Of a stretch of DNA of 64,000 nucleotides, positions 31,501 through 41,860 are shown piece by piece. The stretch lies in the NCBI GenBank assembly GCA_963664225.1, contig OY760937.1, forward strand, positions 4,352,001 through 4,416,000. The letters run 5' to 3'. Made by a program: the position numbers and the translations under genes. The notes under the pieces are model-generated. The model was given only the letters and a program-made list of their open reading frames with translations. It did no database searches and was not told where the DNA came from. Numbering within the stretch: the stretch's first letter is position 1; each line of letters opens with the position of its first letter. This DNA comes from Verrucomicrobiia bacterium (GTDB taxonomy: Bacteria > Verrucomicrobiota > Verrucomicrobiia > Limisphaerales > UBA1319).

Positions 31501-33129
31501 GAGCAGCGCGTGACGGAACGTACCGCAGACCTGGCGCGCGCCAACGCGTCCCTGCAGGCGGAAATCAAGGAGCGCCACCAGGTGGAGGAGAAACTCCGTC
31601 AGGGGAATGCCCAACTCGCCACCGCCGAGGTCGTGGCCCGGATGGGGAGTTGGCAATTGGACCTGGCGTCCGGAAGGGCCAGTTGGTCGGACAACATGTT
31701 CGCGATTTTCGATGTTGACCCGGCGCATTCCGAAGTCACCCAACTAAACTCCTTTCTCGAAACTCTCGTTCATCCCGACGACCGCGAGCGTATGTTGCGG
31801 TCCCTGGAAACGGCGCTGGCTGGCGGCCCGGCTTACGATCTGGAATTTCGCACGCGGCTGCACACGGGGGTGGAACGGATCATTCACGCCCGCGCGGAAA
31901 TCGAACGGGACCCGGCGGGCCGACCGCAGCGGTTGATCGGCATTGTGCAGGACATCACCGAGAGCAAGCAGATCGAGGCGGCCCTGCGTGCGAGCGAGGA
32001 ACGCTTTCGCCGGGCGGTTGTGGACTCGCCGTTCCCCATTTTGTTGCATGCCGAGGACGGCGCGATCATTCAAGCCAGCCAGTCCTGGTATGAGATTACC
32101 GGTTACACACGCGAGGAATTGACCACTATCGACGATTGGATGCGATGTGCTTACGGTGAACGGCGTCATCATATCAAAGCTTATATTGACCGGCTCTACG
32201 CGCTGGATCGCAAAGTGTCCGATGGAGACTACGCGATTCGCGTCAAGGATGGCTCGACGCGTATCTGGGACTTCAGTTCCGCGCCGCTGGGCAGTCTGCC
32301 GGATGGACGCCGGCTGGTCATCAGCATGGCCATGGACGTGACAGAGCGGCGCAAAGCCGAGTCGGATATTCGCAAACTGAATTCAGAACTGGAGCAGCGC
32401 GTTCGCGAGCGAACCAACCAGCTCGAGGGGGCCAACAAGGAACTCGAAGCCTTCAGCTACTCGGTGTCCCACGACTTGCGCGCTCCTCTGCGCCACATCA
32501 GCGGTTTCATGGATCTTCTGGAAAGGCATATGGGCCCGCAACTCGATGACCAGGGTCGCCAGTATATCCAGCATGTTTCAGGAGCCGCCAGGGACATGAC
32601 GCGGCTGATCGAAAGCCTGCTCAACTTTTCACGCATGGGACGGGCGCATATTCAATGGACTGACGTGAATATGGACGCGCTGGTGCAAGCCGCAATCATC
32701 ACACTTGGCCCTGCAATGGAGGGGCGAAAGATCGAATGGGAAATCAGCCCGCTTGCCCATGTGACGGGCGATCACGATTTGTTGCAGTTGGTTTGGGCTA
32801 ATTTAATTGGCAATGCCATCAAGTACACACGAGGGCGGGACCCAGCCCAAATTGCCATCACCTGCAATGTTCGGGAGGCGGCCGATTCCTCCGGCGGAAC
32901 CGGTGAGTGGATATTTTCGGTGCGCGACAATGGCGCTGGGTTTGACATGGCCTATGCGGACAAATTGTTTGGGGTTTTTCAGCGGTTGCATCGCCAGGAC
33001 GAGTTCGAGGGCATCGGCATCGGCCTTGCGAACGTCCTGCGCATCATCACGCGTCATGGCGGACGCGTATGGGCGGAGGCCAAAGTCAATGAGGGGGCCA
33101 CCTTCCATTTTAGTTTGCCGAAAAGATGA
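28513..33129 (+). CDS. Fusion protein: Cu(I)-type P1B ATPase + ETR1-like ethylene-receptor membrane domain + 2 PAS + histidine kinase
   Basis: One 1538-aa ORF: GMSCANC (28549-28569), TGES, CPC (29857-29865), DKTGT (29989-30003), [23 protein letters not shown]; then SYSSIP...[12 protein letters not shown] (31120-31410); PAS x2; SHDLRAPL (His at 32470); N/G1/F/G2 boxes. Confidence 0.9.
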   Translation: MAKLETATMPVTGMSCANCAGNIERKVRQLPGVGEARVDLAGEKLSITFDPEQTDVLRVITCVRELGFGVATGRTELLIAGLQGRADAANLSKLLAEQHGVVTASVSGETGRAALEFIPGMTGVAEMAGVVRQAGFELVQDGKAEDFEDVEARARAAEIIQQKRLLLLGLILTVPLIAFSMARDFRLVGFPHDQFAMLIPATLVQFVVGWQFYVGAYRSLRGGAANMDVLIVLGSSVAYFSSLAVTVGLIASPNVYFETGAAIITLIRLGKFLETRARGKTSEALKALMGLRAKTARVVRNGAEVEIGIDAVSVGDTVVVRPGEKVPVDGIISDGRSAFDESMITGESMPVSKGPGDEVIGATLNREGMIQFEATKVGRNTALARIVQLVQEAQAGKAPIQKLTDEIGRYFVPIVIGLALFTFVGWVWVAHIDWMGAMLNAVAVVVIACPCAIGLATPTAILVGTTKGAGHGILFKNSEALERAGRVSVVLLDKTGTITRGEPEMTDLVAAPHQTMDEVLRLAASAERGSEHPLGRVIVKAGQDKGLRLIEPRNFQALSGLGIRATVGDCEVIIGNPRLMRNEGIGLEALDEDVTRLQAEGKTAMIVAVATTGRTEAARAIGVVAVADTVKPGSKEAIEELRRLGLDVVMITGDNQRTAEAIAREVGIKRVLAEVLPGDKAAEVRKLQSADSTAGLSRPLVAMVGDGINDAPALAQADVGIAIGTGTDVAIAAAGITLMSGDLRGVGRAISLSRGTLETIVQNLIWAFCYNVALIPIAGYGLLSPMIAAGAMAFSSIFVVTNSLRLRGYKVQTFAAPKPLWRQGVELIPRILAPAGALAILIVLPMVTMAEGVEIRGAIPGTMTPLLMMTMALANGVISISYSSIPVFLIIFIRKRKDIPFSWILVMFGAFILACGTTHVVHIVGLWWPVDWWQAAVDAFCAIISVTTAILVWPLLPKLLAIPSPAQLRAVNLELQNEKAVLERTQSELRKAYAEVEQRVTERTADLARANASLQAEIKERHQVEEKLRQGNAQLATAEVVARMGSWQLDLASGRASWSDNMFAIFDVDPAHSEVTQLNSFLETLVHPDDRERMLRSLETALAGGPAYDLEFRTRLHTGVERIIHARAEIERDPAGRPQRLIGIVQDITESKQIEAALRASEERFRRAVVDSPFPILLHAEDGAIIQASQSWYEITGYTREELTTIDDWMRCAYGERRHHIKAYIDRLYALDRKVSDGDYAIRVKDGSTRIWDFSSAPLGSLPDGRRLVISMAMDVTERRKAESDIRKLNSELEQRVRERTNQLEGANKELEAFSYSVSHDLRAPLRHISGFMDLLERHMGPQLDDQGRQYIQHVSGAARDMTRLIESLLNFSRMGRAHIQWTDVNMDALVQAAIITLGPAMEGRKIEWEISPLAHVTGDHDLLQLVWANLIGNAIKYTRGRDPAQIAITCNVREAADSSGGTGEWIFSVRDNGAGFDMAYADKLFGVFQRLHRQDEFEGIGIGLANVLRIITRHGGRVWAEAKVNEGATFHFSLPKR

Positions 33130-33142
33130 GACTGAGTTTTAA

Positions 33143-33589
33143 ATGACAGAACCAATGAAGCCCATGAAGCGCATCCTGCTTGCGGAAGACAGTCCCCGTG
33201 ATGTGGAACTCACCTTGAGCGCTCTGAACGAGCATCACCTCGCCAACCAGGTGGTGGTGGTGCGGGATGGCGTGGAAACCATGCAGTATTTGCGCCGCCA
33301 GGACGCGTTTGCGAATCGGCCTGAAGGCAATCCGGTAGTGATCCTACTGGATATCAAAATGCCGCGTTGGAACGGCCTGGATGTCCTGCGCGAGATTCGC
33401 TCCGATCCACAGCTCAAATTGATTCCCGTCGTGGTGCTCACCTCCTCGCGCGAAGAGCCGGATTTGGTCGAATGCTATCGCCTGGGGGTCAATGCCTACG
33501 TGGTCAAACCGGTCACGTTTACTGAGTTTGTTGACGCGGTGAAGGAATTGGGGCTTTTTTGGGCCGTCATTAACGAACCGCCGCCCTGA
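33143..33589 (+). CDS. Single-domain response regulator (Rcp1-like)
   Basis: 'LLAEDS', 'LLDIKMP', 'VLTSS', 'YVVKPV'; 13 bp after the kinase stop. Confidence 0.92.
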   Translation: MTEPMKPMKRILLAEDSPRDVELTLSALNEHHLANQVVVVRDGVETMQYLRRQDAFANRPEGNPVVILLDIKMPRWNGLDVLREIRSDPQLKLIPVVVLTSSREEPDLVECYRLGVNAYVVKPVTFTEFVDAVKELGLFWAVINEPPP

Positions 33590-33660
33590 TCAGGGTGTTT
33601 GGTTTTGTGTTTTTGACAGACGTGTGTGACACGGCCAGGCCAGCCGCCCAAAATGATCAC

Positions 33661-34875
33661 ATGAAAACGGACATCCAAATCTCCAGGCCGATTGCGCTGC
33701 CGGGCATGAGTCGCAGGCGATTTCTTCGTGGTGTCGGTTTGGCCTCCGCAGCCGCGGTATTGGGCGGTCTGCCCAAGGCCATGGCGGAGCCGAATCCCGA
33801 AATTCTCGATACCCGCATCATAAGCCATCAACCGCAATATTACCATGGCTGGCCCACAGTGGCGCGACGGCGCAATGGTCAGTTGATGGTCGCGTATTCC
33901 GGCGGACGCGAAAGCCATGTCTGCCCTTTTGGCCGGGTGGAGCTGATGGTTTCGTCCGACAATGGCCAGACTTGGGGCTGGCCGCAGGTGCTGCTGGACA
34001 GCGCCATTGACGATCGGGATGCTGGTGTGATGGAAACCGCGCGTGGAACCATTCTGGTCACCACCTTTACTTCGCTGGCTTACGAGGCGCGTTTGAAAGA
34101 GGCGTTAAAGAAAAAACCAGGCGATCCCGGCGCCTGGCCGGCGGAGCAACTTAACGCGTGGCAGTCGGCTCATCAGCGGTTGACCGCAGAACAGCGACAG
34201 GCCGAATTGGGCCAGTGGATGATTCGTTCCACAGACGGCGGCGTGACCTGGTCCGCGCGTTATCCCACCATCATCAACAGCCCGCACGGACCAATTCAAT
34301 TGGCCGATGGACGATTGCTGTATGCGGGCAAGGAGCTTTGGACCAGGGCAGAGCGCGTCGGCGTGTGCGAATCCCTTGATGATGGTCAGACCTGGCGCTG
34401 GTTGGCGCCGATTCCCGCCCGGCCTGGGGACGACGTCAAAAATTATCACGAACTGCACGCCGTGGAGACTGGCGACGCGCGCATCCTGGTTCAAATTCGC
34501 AATCACAATACGGCCAATAATGACGAAACGCTCCAGACCGAATCCGCCGATGGAGGCAGGAACTGGTCGGTGCCGCACCCGGTGGGCGTCTGGGGCTTGC
34601 CATCCTTTCTGAACCGTCTGCGTAGTGGCCGGTTGCTCATGACGTATGGGCACCGCCGCCCGCCCTTCGGCAATCAGGCCCGGTTCAGCGACGATCACGG
34701 GCGGACTTGGTCGAAGCCGTTGATCATTTCAGGCGACGGCGCAGGCGGTGACTTGGGTTATCCCAGCACCGTCGAACTGGAGGATGGCTCGCTGCTCACG
34801 ATCTGGTATGAGTCGGTTAAAGGTTTGCCGCACGCGGTATTGCGCCAGGCATACTGGCGGTTGACAGCCGGTTGA
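33661..34875 (+). CDS. Tat-exported sialidase/BNR-repeat protein
   Basis: SRRRFL Tat motif; several S-x-D-x-G-x-T-W Asp boxes; 'DLGYPS'. Confidence 0.85.
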   Translation: MKTDIQISRPIALPGMSRRRFLRGVGLASAAAVLGGLPKAMAEPNPEILDTRIISHQPQYYHGWPTVARRRNGQLMVAYSGGRESHVCPFGRVELMVSSDNGQTWGWPQVLLDSAIDDRDAGVMETARGTILVTTFTSLAYEARLKEALKKKPGDPGAWPAEQLNAWQSAHQRLTAEQRQAELGQWMIRSTDGGVTWSARYPTIINSPHGPIQLADGRLLYAGKELWTRAERVGVCESLDDGQTWRWLAPIPARPGDDVKNYHELHAVETGDARILVQIRNHNTANNDETLQTESADGGRNWSVPHPVGVWGLPSFLNRLRSGRLLMTYGHRRPPFGNQARFSDDHGRTWSKPLIISGDGAGGDLGYPSTVELEDGSLLTIWYESVKGLPHAVLRQAYWRLTAG

Positions 34876-35281
34876 AGGAATCCATTTTTTCAACCATAAA
34901 CCACCGCTCATTCCTGGCTGATAAACCACCGGATTGCTTGGAATTGAACCTGGTTCCATGAAGAAAACCCATTTCGGCGGAGTTACAGGGTCGGCTTCAA
35001 GACGCTCATAGGGCTTTTTACGATATCGTAAAAGCGATCCATTTAATTTCTAAAGCACTGTGGTTCTTGTAATTAAAAGCGATCCACACGCATTTTTGTC
35101 TTGCATATCCTTAAAATATCTGGACGTCGGGTTTTGTTCCTGTAGCGTGGTGCGTTTGTGCCTCCGACGGGGAGGCTTGTTGCAACAGAAGCCCGGGCCT
35201 GAATGGCTGCAGGGCCGCTTGGTGCGCCTGAAAAGGGATACGAGGGTAGGCGCCCTGGCAAAATATTGAGAATCAAGAATC

Positions 35282-35491
35282 GTGAGAAAATTAGAGTTAA
35301 GAAATCGCATTTTGACCGAGTATCCACACGTCAAAGCCCGTTTGAAACGGGTGACGGAAGCCCCGGGCGCCTCCATGGCGCGCTGGCGCATCCGGATTGA
35401 TGGGGCCGCGAATGCCCAGGAGATCCAGAAAATCAATGGGTGGGCGCATGCGGCGAATATTCTGCCGCACACCGAGTCCCACGCTGAATAG
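35282..35491 (+). CDS. Small hypothetical protein
   Basis: 69-aa ORF (GTG start) followed by a hairpin and U-tract; no family recognised. Confidence 0.35.
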   Translation: MRKLELRNRILTEYPHVKARLKRVTEAPGASMARWRIRIDGAANAQEIQKINGWAHAANILPHTESHAE

Positions 35492-35548
35492 CAGGAGCGA
35501 TTCCGGGAGCCTGCGTGTTTTTAACAGGCTCCGGACGTTCGAAATTAT

Positions 35549-35585
35549 GGGGGCGGGTGTAAAACCGGCCCTTTTTTTGTTTTTG
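35549..35585 (+). terminator. Probable intrinsic terminator
   Basis: GGGCGGGT-GTAA-AACCGGCCC imperfect stem followed by a long T run. Confidence 0.5.
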
Positions 35586-35655
35586 TAAAAGGTTGAATTG
35601 ACGCAGGCCCACTCTATATTGGTGGGTCTTGGCAGGTCAGGTGCCTTTGCCGGAT

Positions 35656-36018
35656 ATGCAGATTCATTTACTGAAGTCAAAGATACATCGTGCCCGCGTG
35701 ACGGGTGGCAATTTGGATTACGAAGGTAGTCTGACCATCGCTGCGGATTTGATGGAGAAAGCCGGGTTTCAAGCCTACGAGCGGATCCTGTGCAGCAACA
35801 TGGCCAATGGCGAGCGGTTTGAGACGTATGCCATTCCCGGACCTAAAGGCTCTGGAGCAATTGTGCTCAACGGAGCGGCGGCGCATTTGGGCAAGACCGG
35901 GGATCGGTTGACCATCATGAGTTTCGCAGAAGTGGATGCCGCGCAGGCGGGTGGATGGCAGCCACGCGTCATTGTTCTTGGAGAGAACAATGCGGTCATC
36001 AACGAGCGGGGCATATAG
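35656..36018 (+). CDS. panD: Aspartate 1-decarboxylase
   Basis: 'KSKIHRA', self-cleavage site 'YEG-SLTI', 'NGERFETY', 'NGAAAH'. Confidence 0.96.
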   Translation: MQIHLLKSKIHRARVTGGNLDYEGSLTIAADLMEKAGFQAYERILCSNMANGERFETYAIPGPKGSGAIVLNGAAAHLGKTGDRLTIMSFAEVDAAQAGGWQPRVIVLGENNAVINERGI

Positions 36019-36067
36019 TCGGCAGCGGTGGCCGGTAAGATTTTAACTTTTAAAAACCAAAACCTTC

Positions 36068-37135
36068 ATGGCATTTACGGCGGGTGAAATTGCGGAGAAA
36101 TTGCAGGGCCAGGTCATCGGAGATGCCTCGGTCGTCCTGACCGGCTTTGCGCCTGCGAGCACGGCCAAGGCGGGCGATTTGACGTTCGCTGAGAATCCCA
36201 CCTATCTGGCGCGTGCGGAACAGACGCCGGCGGCGGCCATTCTGGTGGATGGTGAATATGTGTCCGATAAGAAGGTGATTGTGCGTGTGGCCAACGCCCG
36301 CATTGCTTTTGCAAGGGCGCTGGAACTATTTTTTCCCGAGCCGCCATGCAAACCGGGGATTCATCCCACAGCGGTTGTGGATGCAACGGCGGAGGTGGAT
36401 CCCAGCGCGCAAATTGGACCGCACTGCGTGATCGGCAGCCAGGTTCGCATTGGGCCGCAGGTGGTTTTGCAGGGTGGAAACCATGTGGGGGAGCAATGCC
36501 AGGTGGGCGAGGGGACGCATTTGTTTCCCAATGTCATCCTGTATGCGCGCACACAAATCGGGCGGAAGGTGCGGATACATGCCGGCACGGTGATTGGATC
36601 AGACGGCTTCGGTTACGTTTTTGACCAGGGCGCGCACCGGAAGGTGCCGCAGGCGGGCAATGTCATCATTCAGGATGATGTGGAGATTGGGGCCAATGTG
36701 ACGATTGACCGGGGTACGTTGGGGCCCACAGTGATCGGCAAGGGAACTAAGATCGACAACCTGGTAATGATCGGTCATAATGTGATTTTGGGTGAGAATT
36801 GTCTGCTGATCGCCCAGGTGGGCGTGGCGGGAAGCACCAAGCTGGGGAATTTTGTTATTTTGGCGGGCCAGGTGGGATTGGCGGGTCACCTCAAGATTGG
36901 TGATCGTGTAACCGTGGCGGCCCAATCGGGCGTGATGAACGATATCGGCGAAGGGGAGAAATGGATGGGATCGCCGGCCCGGCCTGATCGCCAGATGAAG
37001 CGCCAGTTGGTGGCCAGCCATCAGTTGCCTGAATTTATTCGACGGGTCCAGGAATTGGAACGCCGGGTGGCGGAGTTGAGTGGTGAGAGTGGAACGTTGG
37101 TGAAAAACATAGTTGAAACACAAAAACAGGATTGA
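36068..37135 (+). CDS. lpxD: UDP-3-O-acylglucosamine N-acyltransferase
   Basis: Hexapeptide repeats, 'IGSDGFGY', 'IDRG', '[11 protein letters not shown]'. Confidence 0.95.
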   Translation: MAFTAGEIAEKLQGQVIGDASVVLTGFAPASTAKAGDLTFAENPTYLARAEQTPAAAILVDGEYVSDKKVIVRVANARIAFARALELFFPEPPCKPGIHPTAVVDATAEVDPSAQIGPHCVIGSQVRIGPQVVLQGGNHVGEQCQVGEGTHLFPNVILYARTQIGRKVRIHAGTVIGSDGFGYVFDQGAHRKVPQAGNVIIQDDVEIGANVTIDRGTLGPTVIGKGTKIDNLVMIGHNVILGENCLLIAQVGVAGSTKLGNFVILAGQVGLAGHLKIGDRVTVAAQSGVMNDIGEGEKWMGSPARPDRQMKRQLVASHQLPEFIRRVQELERRVAELSGESGTLVKNIVETQKQD

Positions 37136-37159
37136 CGGGGAGCACCTATCTGATAGGTT
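37132..37159 (+). promoter_or_regulatory. Possible sigma70 promoter of rplM-rpsI
   Basis: TTGACG, 16-bp spacer, extended -10 TGn-TAGGTT. Confidence 0.4.
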
Positions 37160-37183
37160 TTCGCCTCTTTATTTGAGATTTAG

Positions 37184-37618
37184 ATGAAAACGTATTTGCC
37201 GAAAGTGAATTTGGAGCAGCGCAAATGGCATTTGATTGATGCCAACGGCGCGGTATTGGGCCGTTTGGCCGTGCAAGCTGCGAATATGCTGCGTGGTCGC
37301 AACACTCCCGCATACACCCCTTTTTGGGACACGGGCGGTTTTGTGGTGGTGATCAACGCTGAAAAAGTGATTGTCACGGGCAAGAAAGAGACCGATAAGG
37401 TTTACATGACCTACTCGGGATGGAAAGGCGGAGAGCATTTTTCGACTGTCGAGAAATTGCGCGAGACCAATCCCCGGCGCTTGATCATGCACGCGGTCGC
37501 GGGCATGATCCCAAAGAATCGCCTCGGCCGTCAGATGATGACCAAGCTCAAAGTCTATAAAGGCAGTGTGCATCCGCACAGCGCCCAATGCCCGGTTCCG
37601 ATGAGTGTTAACCAATAG
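37184..37618 (+). CDS. rplM: 50S ribosomal protein L13
   Basis: 'WHLIDA...LGRLA', 'YTP..DTG.FVVVINA', 'GMIPKN.LGR'. Confidence 0.97.
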   Translation: MKTYLPKVNLEQRKWHLIDANGAVLGRLAVQAANMLRGRNTPAYTPFWDTGGFVVVINAEKVIVTGKKETDKVYMTYSGWKGGEHFSTVEKLRETNPRRLIMHAVAGMIPKNRLGRQMMTKLKVYKGSVHPHSAQCPVPMSVNQ

Positions 37619-37627
37619 TTTTTCATT

Positions 37628-38029
37628 ATGTCAGAAGCAATCGCACAGGAATTTCTCGGCACGGGTCGTCGCAAAACCTCGGTCGCTCGTGTTCGCCTGG
37701 CCCCGGGAACGGGCAAGGTCACGATCAACGGCCGGACATTGGAGACTTATTTTGGTCTTGAGCAGCTTCGCTGGCAAGTGATTCAGCCGCTCCAGACCAT
37801 TGACATGCTCACCAAGTATGACGTGAAGGTAAACGTCAAGGGTGGTGGTCCCAGCGGTCAGGCTGGCGCCATTCGTCACGGAGTCGCCCGCGCTCTTCTG
37901 CGTCTCGATGTGAATTTCAGGCCGGCCCTCAAGGCTGAAGGCTACCTCACACGCGATCCGCGCATGAAGGAACGCAAGAAGTACGGCCAACCCGGCGCGC
38001 GCCGTCGCTTCCAGTTCAGCAAGCGTTAA
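37628..38029 (+). CDS. rpsI: 30S ribosomal protein S9
   Basis: '[12 protein letters not shown]', '[13 protein letters not shown]', 'QFSKR'. Confidence 0.98.
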   Translation: MSEAIAQEFLGTGRRKTSVARVRLAPGTGKVTINGRTLETYFGLEQLRWQVIQPLQTIDMLTKYDVKVNVKGGGPSGQAGAIRHGVARALLRLDVNFRPALKAEGYLTRDPRMKERKKYGQPGARRRFQFSKR

Positions 38030-38048
38030 AATATTTTTCGGAACGTTT

Positions 38049-38080
38049 ACCCCGCCGGCCAATGTCCGGCGGGGTTTTTT
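38049..38080 (+). terminator. Intrinsic terminator
   Basis: ACCCCGCCGG/CCGGCGGGGT stem followed by a T run. Confidence 0.85.
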
Positions 38081-38098
38081 GTTATACAGAAGGAATTT

Positions 38099-39169
38099 AT
38101 GAAAACGGCTCAGAAAGTCACAGTGGCCATTGTGGGTGCCTCGGGTTATTCGGGCGAGGAATTGGTGCGCCTGCTCCTGTCGCATCCCCTGGTGGAATTG
38201 ACCGCGATCACATCCCGCCAGTATGCGGGGCAGACGCTGGCCCAGGTGTTTCCCAAATTTGCCCACCACACGCAGGCGCGGGCGCTACGGTTTTGCGAGC
38301 CGGACGCCGCTGTGGTGGCCCGGTTGGCCAAGTATGTGTTTCTCGCCTTGCCGCATGGTGTGGCGGCGGAGATCGCCGTGCCTTTGCTCCAGGCGGGTTG
38401 CCGGGTGATCGACCTGAGCGCGGATTTCCGGTTGCGCAGCGCCACGATCTATCACGAATACTACGGGAAGGAACATTCCGCCCCCGCGCTGCTGGCCAAG
38501 GCCGTCTATGGTCTGCCGGAGCTTTATCGCGAGCGGATCAAAAAGGCGGAGCTGATTGCATCGGCGGGGTGTTATCCCACGAGCATTCTGGTGCCGCTGA
38601 TTCCTTTGTTGCGGGCCCGTTTGATTTCGCCTGTGGGGATCATTGCCGATTCGTTGAGCGGTGTCAGCGGCGCTGGACGCAAGGCGGAGCTGGACTATTT
38701 GTTTTGCGAATGCAACGAGAGCGTTCGCCCATACGGCCTGCCCAAACACCGGCATTTGTCCGAGATTGAACAGGAATTGAGCCTTTCGGCGGGCCAGGCG
38801 GTGGTGATGCAGTTCACGCCGCATTTGATTCCCGTCAACAAAGGCATTCTGTCCACCCTCTATGTGAATCCTGTATTCAAAGTGATGAATGCGGCCACGG
38901 CGCAGGAATTTAACGACAAGGTTGCGGCGTGTTATCGCGAGGCTTACAACGAGGAACCGTTTGTGCGCGTTCTGGAAGGCAAGGCCCTGCCCGATACGAA
39001 GAATGTGGTCGGCACGAACGTCGTGGAGTTCGCCTGGCGGGTGGATTCGCGCACGGGTCGGCTCATCGTGATGAGCGCCGAGGATAATCTGGTCAAGGGC
39101 GCCAGCGGCCAGGCAGTGCAGAATCTCAATTTAATGGCCGGTTTCCCGGAGATCACCGGGCTGCTCTGA
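38099..39169 (+). CDS. argC: N-acetyl-gamma-glutamyl-phosphate reductase
   Basis: 'GASGYSG', 'DLSADFR', 'GCYPT', 'SGVSGAG', 'DNLVKGASGQA'. Confidence 0.96.
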   Translation: MKTAQKVTVAIVGASGYSGEELVRLLLSHPLVELTAITSRQYAGQTLAQVFPKFAHHTQARALRFCEPDAAVVARLAKYVFLALPHGVAAEIAVPLLQAGCRVIDLSADFRLRSATIYHEYYGKEHSAPALLAKAVYGLPELYRERIKKAELIASAGCYPTSILVPLIPLLRARLISPVGIIADSLSGVSGAGRKAELDYLFCECNESVRPYGLPKHRHLSEIEQELSLSAGQAVVMQFTPHLIPVNKGILSTLYVNPVFKVMNAATAQEFNDKVAACYREAYNEEPFVRVLEGKALPDTKNVVGTNVVEFAWRVDSRTGRLIVMSAEDNLVKGASGQAVQNLNLMAGFPEITGLL

Positions 39170-39253
39170 GATTTCTTAAGTGAAGTGGGTTTGATAAACG
39201 AAGCCGACCAGTTTGCCAAAACTGGCCGGCCACTTCGAAACAATTTCGAAAGC

Positions 39254-39841
39254 TTACGCCCTTGCGGCGGCGACTCCGGCGTCAAACGCCTTGATATTCA
39301 GGGCGACGAATTTTTCCTTCACGCACTCCCGGATGGCCTGGTACCACGCTTCGGTGGGCAATTGAATGCCCGTGGACAACGCACCAACGATGACCGTGTT
39401 GGAGGCGCGAATATTGCCGGCGTCGATGGCGATTTGGACGGCATCCAGAAATAACAGACGCCGGAATGTTTTCTTGAGGCGTACTTCCGCATCCTCAGGA
39501 TATTTGGCGCTGCCGCTGGAGACGGAGACGGGAATCACCTCCTGTTTTGAAACCACAGCGAGGCCGTCTGGAGCGAGGTATTCGGCAAGCCGCAAGGCTT
39601 CGATGCACTCCAGCGAGGCAAGCACCTGGGCGGTTCCGGCCTCGATGAGCGGACCGTGAACTTCCGGACCGAAGCGGATTTGGGCAATGACCGATCCGCC
39701 GCGCTGGGCCATTCCGTGGACTTCGTTGGTTTTAACTTCGTATCCCGCGGCCATGGCGGCGCGCGCGACAATTTCGCTGGCGAGCAGAATGCCCTGGCCG
39801 CCGACACCGGCCAGAACCACGTTTGTGATGTTGTTGTTCAT
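39254..39841 (-). CDS. iorB: Indolepyruvate:ferredoxin oxidoreductase beta subunit
   Basis: 'GVGGQG', 'EVHGMAQRGGSV'. Confidence 0.92.
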   Translation of the reverse strand: MNNNITNVVLAGVGGQGILLASEIVARAAMAAGYEVKTNEVHGMAQRGGSVIAQIRFGPEVHGPLIEAGTAQVLASLECIEALRLAEYLAPDGLAVVSKQEVIPVSVSSGSAKYPEDAEVRLKKTFRRLLFLDAVQIAIDAGNIRASNTVIVGALSTGIQLPTEAWYQAIRECVKEKFVALNIKAFDAGVAAARA

Positions 39842-39867
39842 GGAGAAATTCATTTGGCCGCGCGCGT

Positions 39868-41631
39868 TCAGGCGAGTGCTTTGGTGCTGATGGCGGTGAA
39901 AGGGCAGATTTGCTCGCACAGGCCGCAGCCACCGCAAAGCTGTTCATTGATGTTCAAGCCGTGACCCTCGGATTTTTCGACTGCCGGGCATCCAAGGTCC
40001 AGACACTGACCGCATTGCTGGCAAACCTCCGCATCCATGACCTTGGGTGGACCCACGGGCTTGCCTTCGTGCAGCGGACATGGAGCGCGGGAGACAATGA
40101 CGGAGGTTTCGTTCGATTCGAGGGCGTGTTCAATGACCCGCGTGGTGGTTTCCACCTCGTATGGATTGACGGTGACGACGTTCTTGACGCCGCAGGCCCT
40201 GGCGATGGCCTCAATGGAAACCGAAGGCACGGCCTGGCCCATGAGGTTGAGTTCGGTGCCAGGGTTGTCTTGATGGCCGGTCATGGCCGTGGTGCGGTTA
40301 TCCACGACAATGATCGTGGCCGCACCGCGATTATGGACCAAATCCAATATTCCTGTGATGCCGCTATGAAAAAATGTGGAATCGCCGACCATGCCGACGA
40401 CTTTTTTCTTTTCTCCCGCCTTGATGAGTCCCTGCGTCATGGAAATACCAGCGCCCATGCACAGAATGGTGTCCATGCGGTTCAGAGGCGGAAATACTCC
40501 CAAGCTGTAGCAGCCGATATCGCCGGTAACGACAATGTCGAATTTCGTCAGTGCGAAAAAGACGCCGCGATGTGGGCATCCGGCGCAAAGCACAGGCGGG
40601 CGTGACGGAAGGTCCTTGGTTTCGGGCAGGGGCGTGGAGGCAGGCACGGGCTTGCCTTCCATGAGCGCGCGGGCGGCGCGGAGGCGGCCGGGGCTCAGTT
40701 CGCCAACGCCGGGAACAAATGCGCGGCCTTCGCACGCGATGCCCAGCGCCTTGATGTGTTCCTCCAGAAAATCATCGAGTTCCTCCACCACTAGCACGCG
40801 CTCCACCTGGCTGGCGAATTGCCGGATCAGCGTGTCGGGGAAAGGATAGGACCAGCCGAGTTTCAAGACCGAGGCTTCAGGAAAGATGTCCCGGACGTAT
40901 TGATAGGCGATGCTGGAGGTCACGATGCCGAGCTTGGGCGAACGCATTTCGATGCGGTTGGCCGGACTTCTGGCAGCCGCTTCGCGCAGGCGCGGGAGGC
41001 GATCCTCGACGTTGCGGCGCATGACCCGGCCCCAGACGGGAATCGGAACGAATCGGGGCGGGTCCTTGACGAAGCCGATGGGCTTGGTCGAGGGACTGCG
41101 TTTCCCCAAAGCGACCAGGCTGCGCGAATGGCTGACCCGCGTGGTGGAGCGCAGGATCACCGGGGTCTTGAATTCCTCCGAAATGTCCAAAGCGATGCGA
41201 ATGAAATCCCGGGCTTCGGCGGAGTCGGACGGCTCGAAAATGGGGATTTTGGCGAACCGGGCATAATGGCGGGTGTCCTGCTCGTTCTGCGAGGAGTGCA
41301 TGCCCGGATCGTCCGCCACGCAGAGGACGAGGCCGCCGACCGCGCCGATGTAGGCAAACGTCATGAGCGGGTCCGCTGCCACGTTCAGGCCCACGTGCTT
41401 CATGGTCACGATGGAGCGCGCCCCGGCCAGCGATGCGCCCACGGCGACTTCGAGCGCCACCTTTTCATTCGGCGCCCATTCACAGAAGATGTCCGGCTTG
41501 TAGGTGGCTACAGCTTCCAGGATTTCGGTGGAGGGGGTGCCGGGATAGCCGGTGGCAACCGTCACACCCGCTTCGTAGGCACCCCGCGCAATGGCTTCAT
41601 TGCCGGTCATCAATTCTCGCATAGCATTCAT
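39868..41631 (-). CDS. iorA: Indolepyruvate:ferredoxin oxidoreductase alpha subunit
   Basis: 'GNEAIARGA', 'YPGTPSTE', 'MKHVGLNVAAD', 'CAGCPH', 'GDIGCY', C-terminal ferredoxin motifs. Confidence 0.94.
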   Translation of the reverse strand: MNAMRELMTGNEAIARGAYEAGVTVATGYPGTPSTEILEAVATYKPDIFCEWAPNEKVALEVAVGASLAGARSIVTMKHVGLNVAADPLMTFAYIGAVGGLVLCVADDPGMHSSQNEQDTRHYARFAKIPIFEPSDSAEARDFIRIALDISEEFKTPVILRSTTRVSHSRSLVALGKRSPSTKPIGFVKDPPRFVPIPVWGRVMRRNVEDRLPRLREAAARSPANRIEMRSPKLGIVTSSIAYQYVRDIFPEASVLKLGWSYPFPDTLIRQFASQVERVLVVEELDDFLEEHIKALGIACEGRAFVPGVGELSPGRLRAARALMEGKPVPASTPLPETKDLPSRPPVLCAGCPHRGVFFALTKFDIVVTGDIGCYSLGVFPPLNRMDTILCMGAGISMTQGLIKAGEKKKVVGMVGDSTFFHSGITGILDLVHNRGAATIIVVDNRTTAMTGHQDNPGTELNLMGQAVPSVSIEAIARACGVKNVVTVNPYEVETTTRVIEHALESNETSVIVSRAPCPLHEGKPVGPPKVMDAEVCQQCGQCLDLGCPAVEKSEGHGLNINEQLCGGCGLCEQICPFTAISTKALA

Positions 41632-41860
41632 TTTGGCGACAGAGGGCAATTATGGACAGAGTCCGTGCTCAGGGCAAGCTTCAGAGAGGTTGAGGCTCCG
41701 TTCCCGAGTGCCACTGCAACTAAGGGAAGGCGTTCTGATGAGTGGTCGGAAATGCGCAATCGTCCATAATCCGAGAAACGCATTAACAACAAATTCCCCT
41801 TCAATGGCAAAGTTTAGCCCTATCGCGACTTGTCAGGAGCATGGATGTGGCGTAAGTGCC

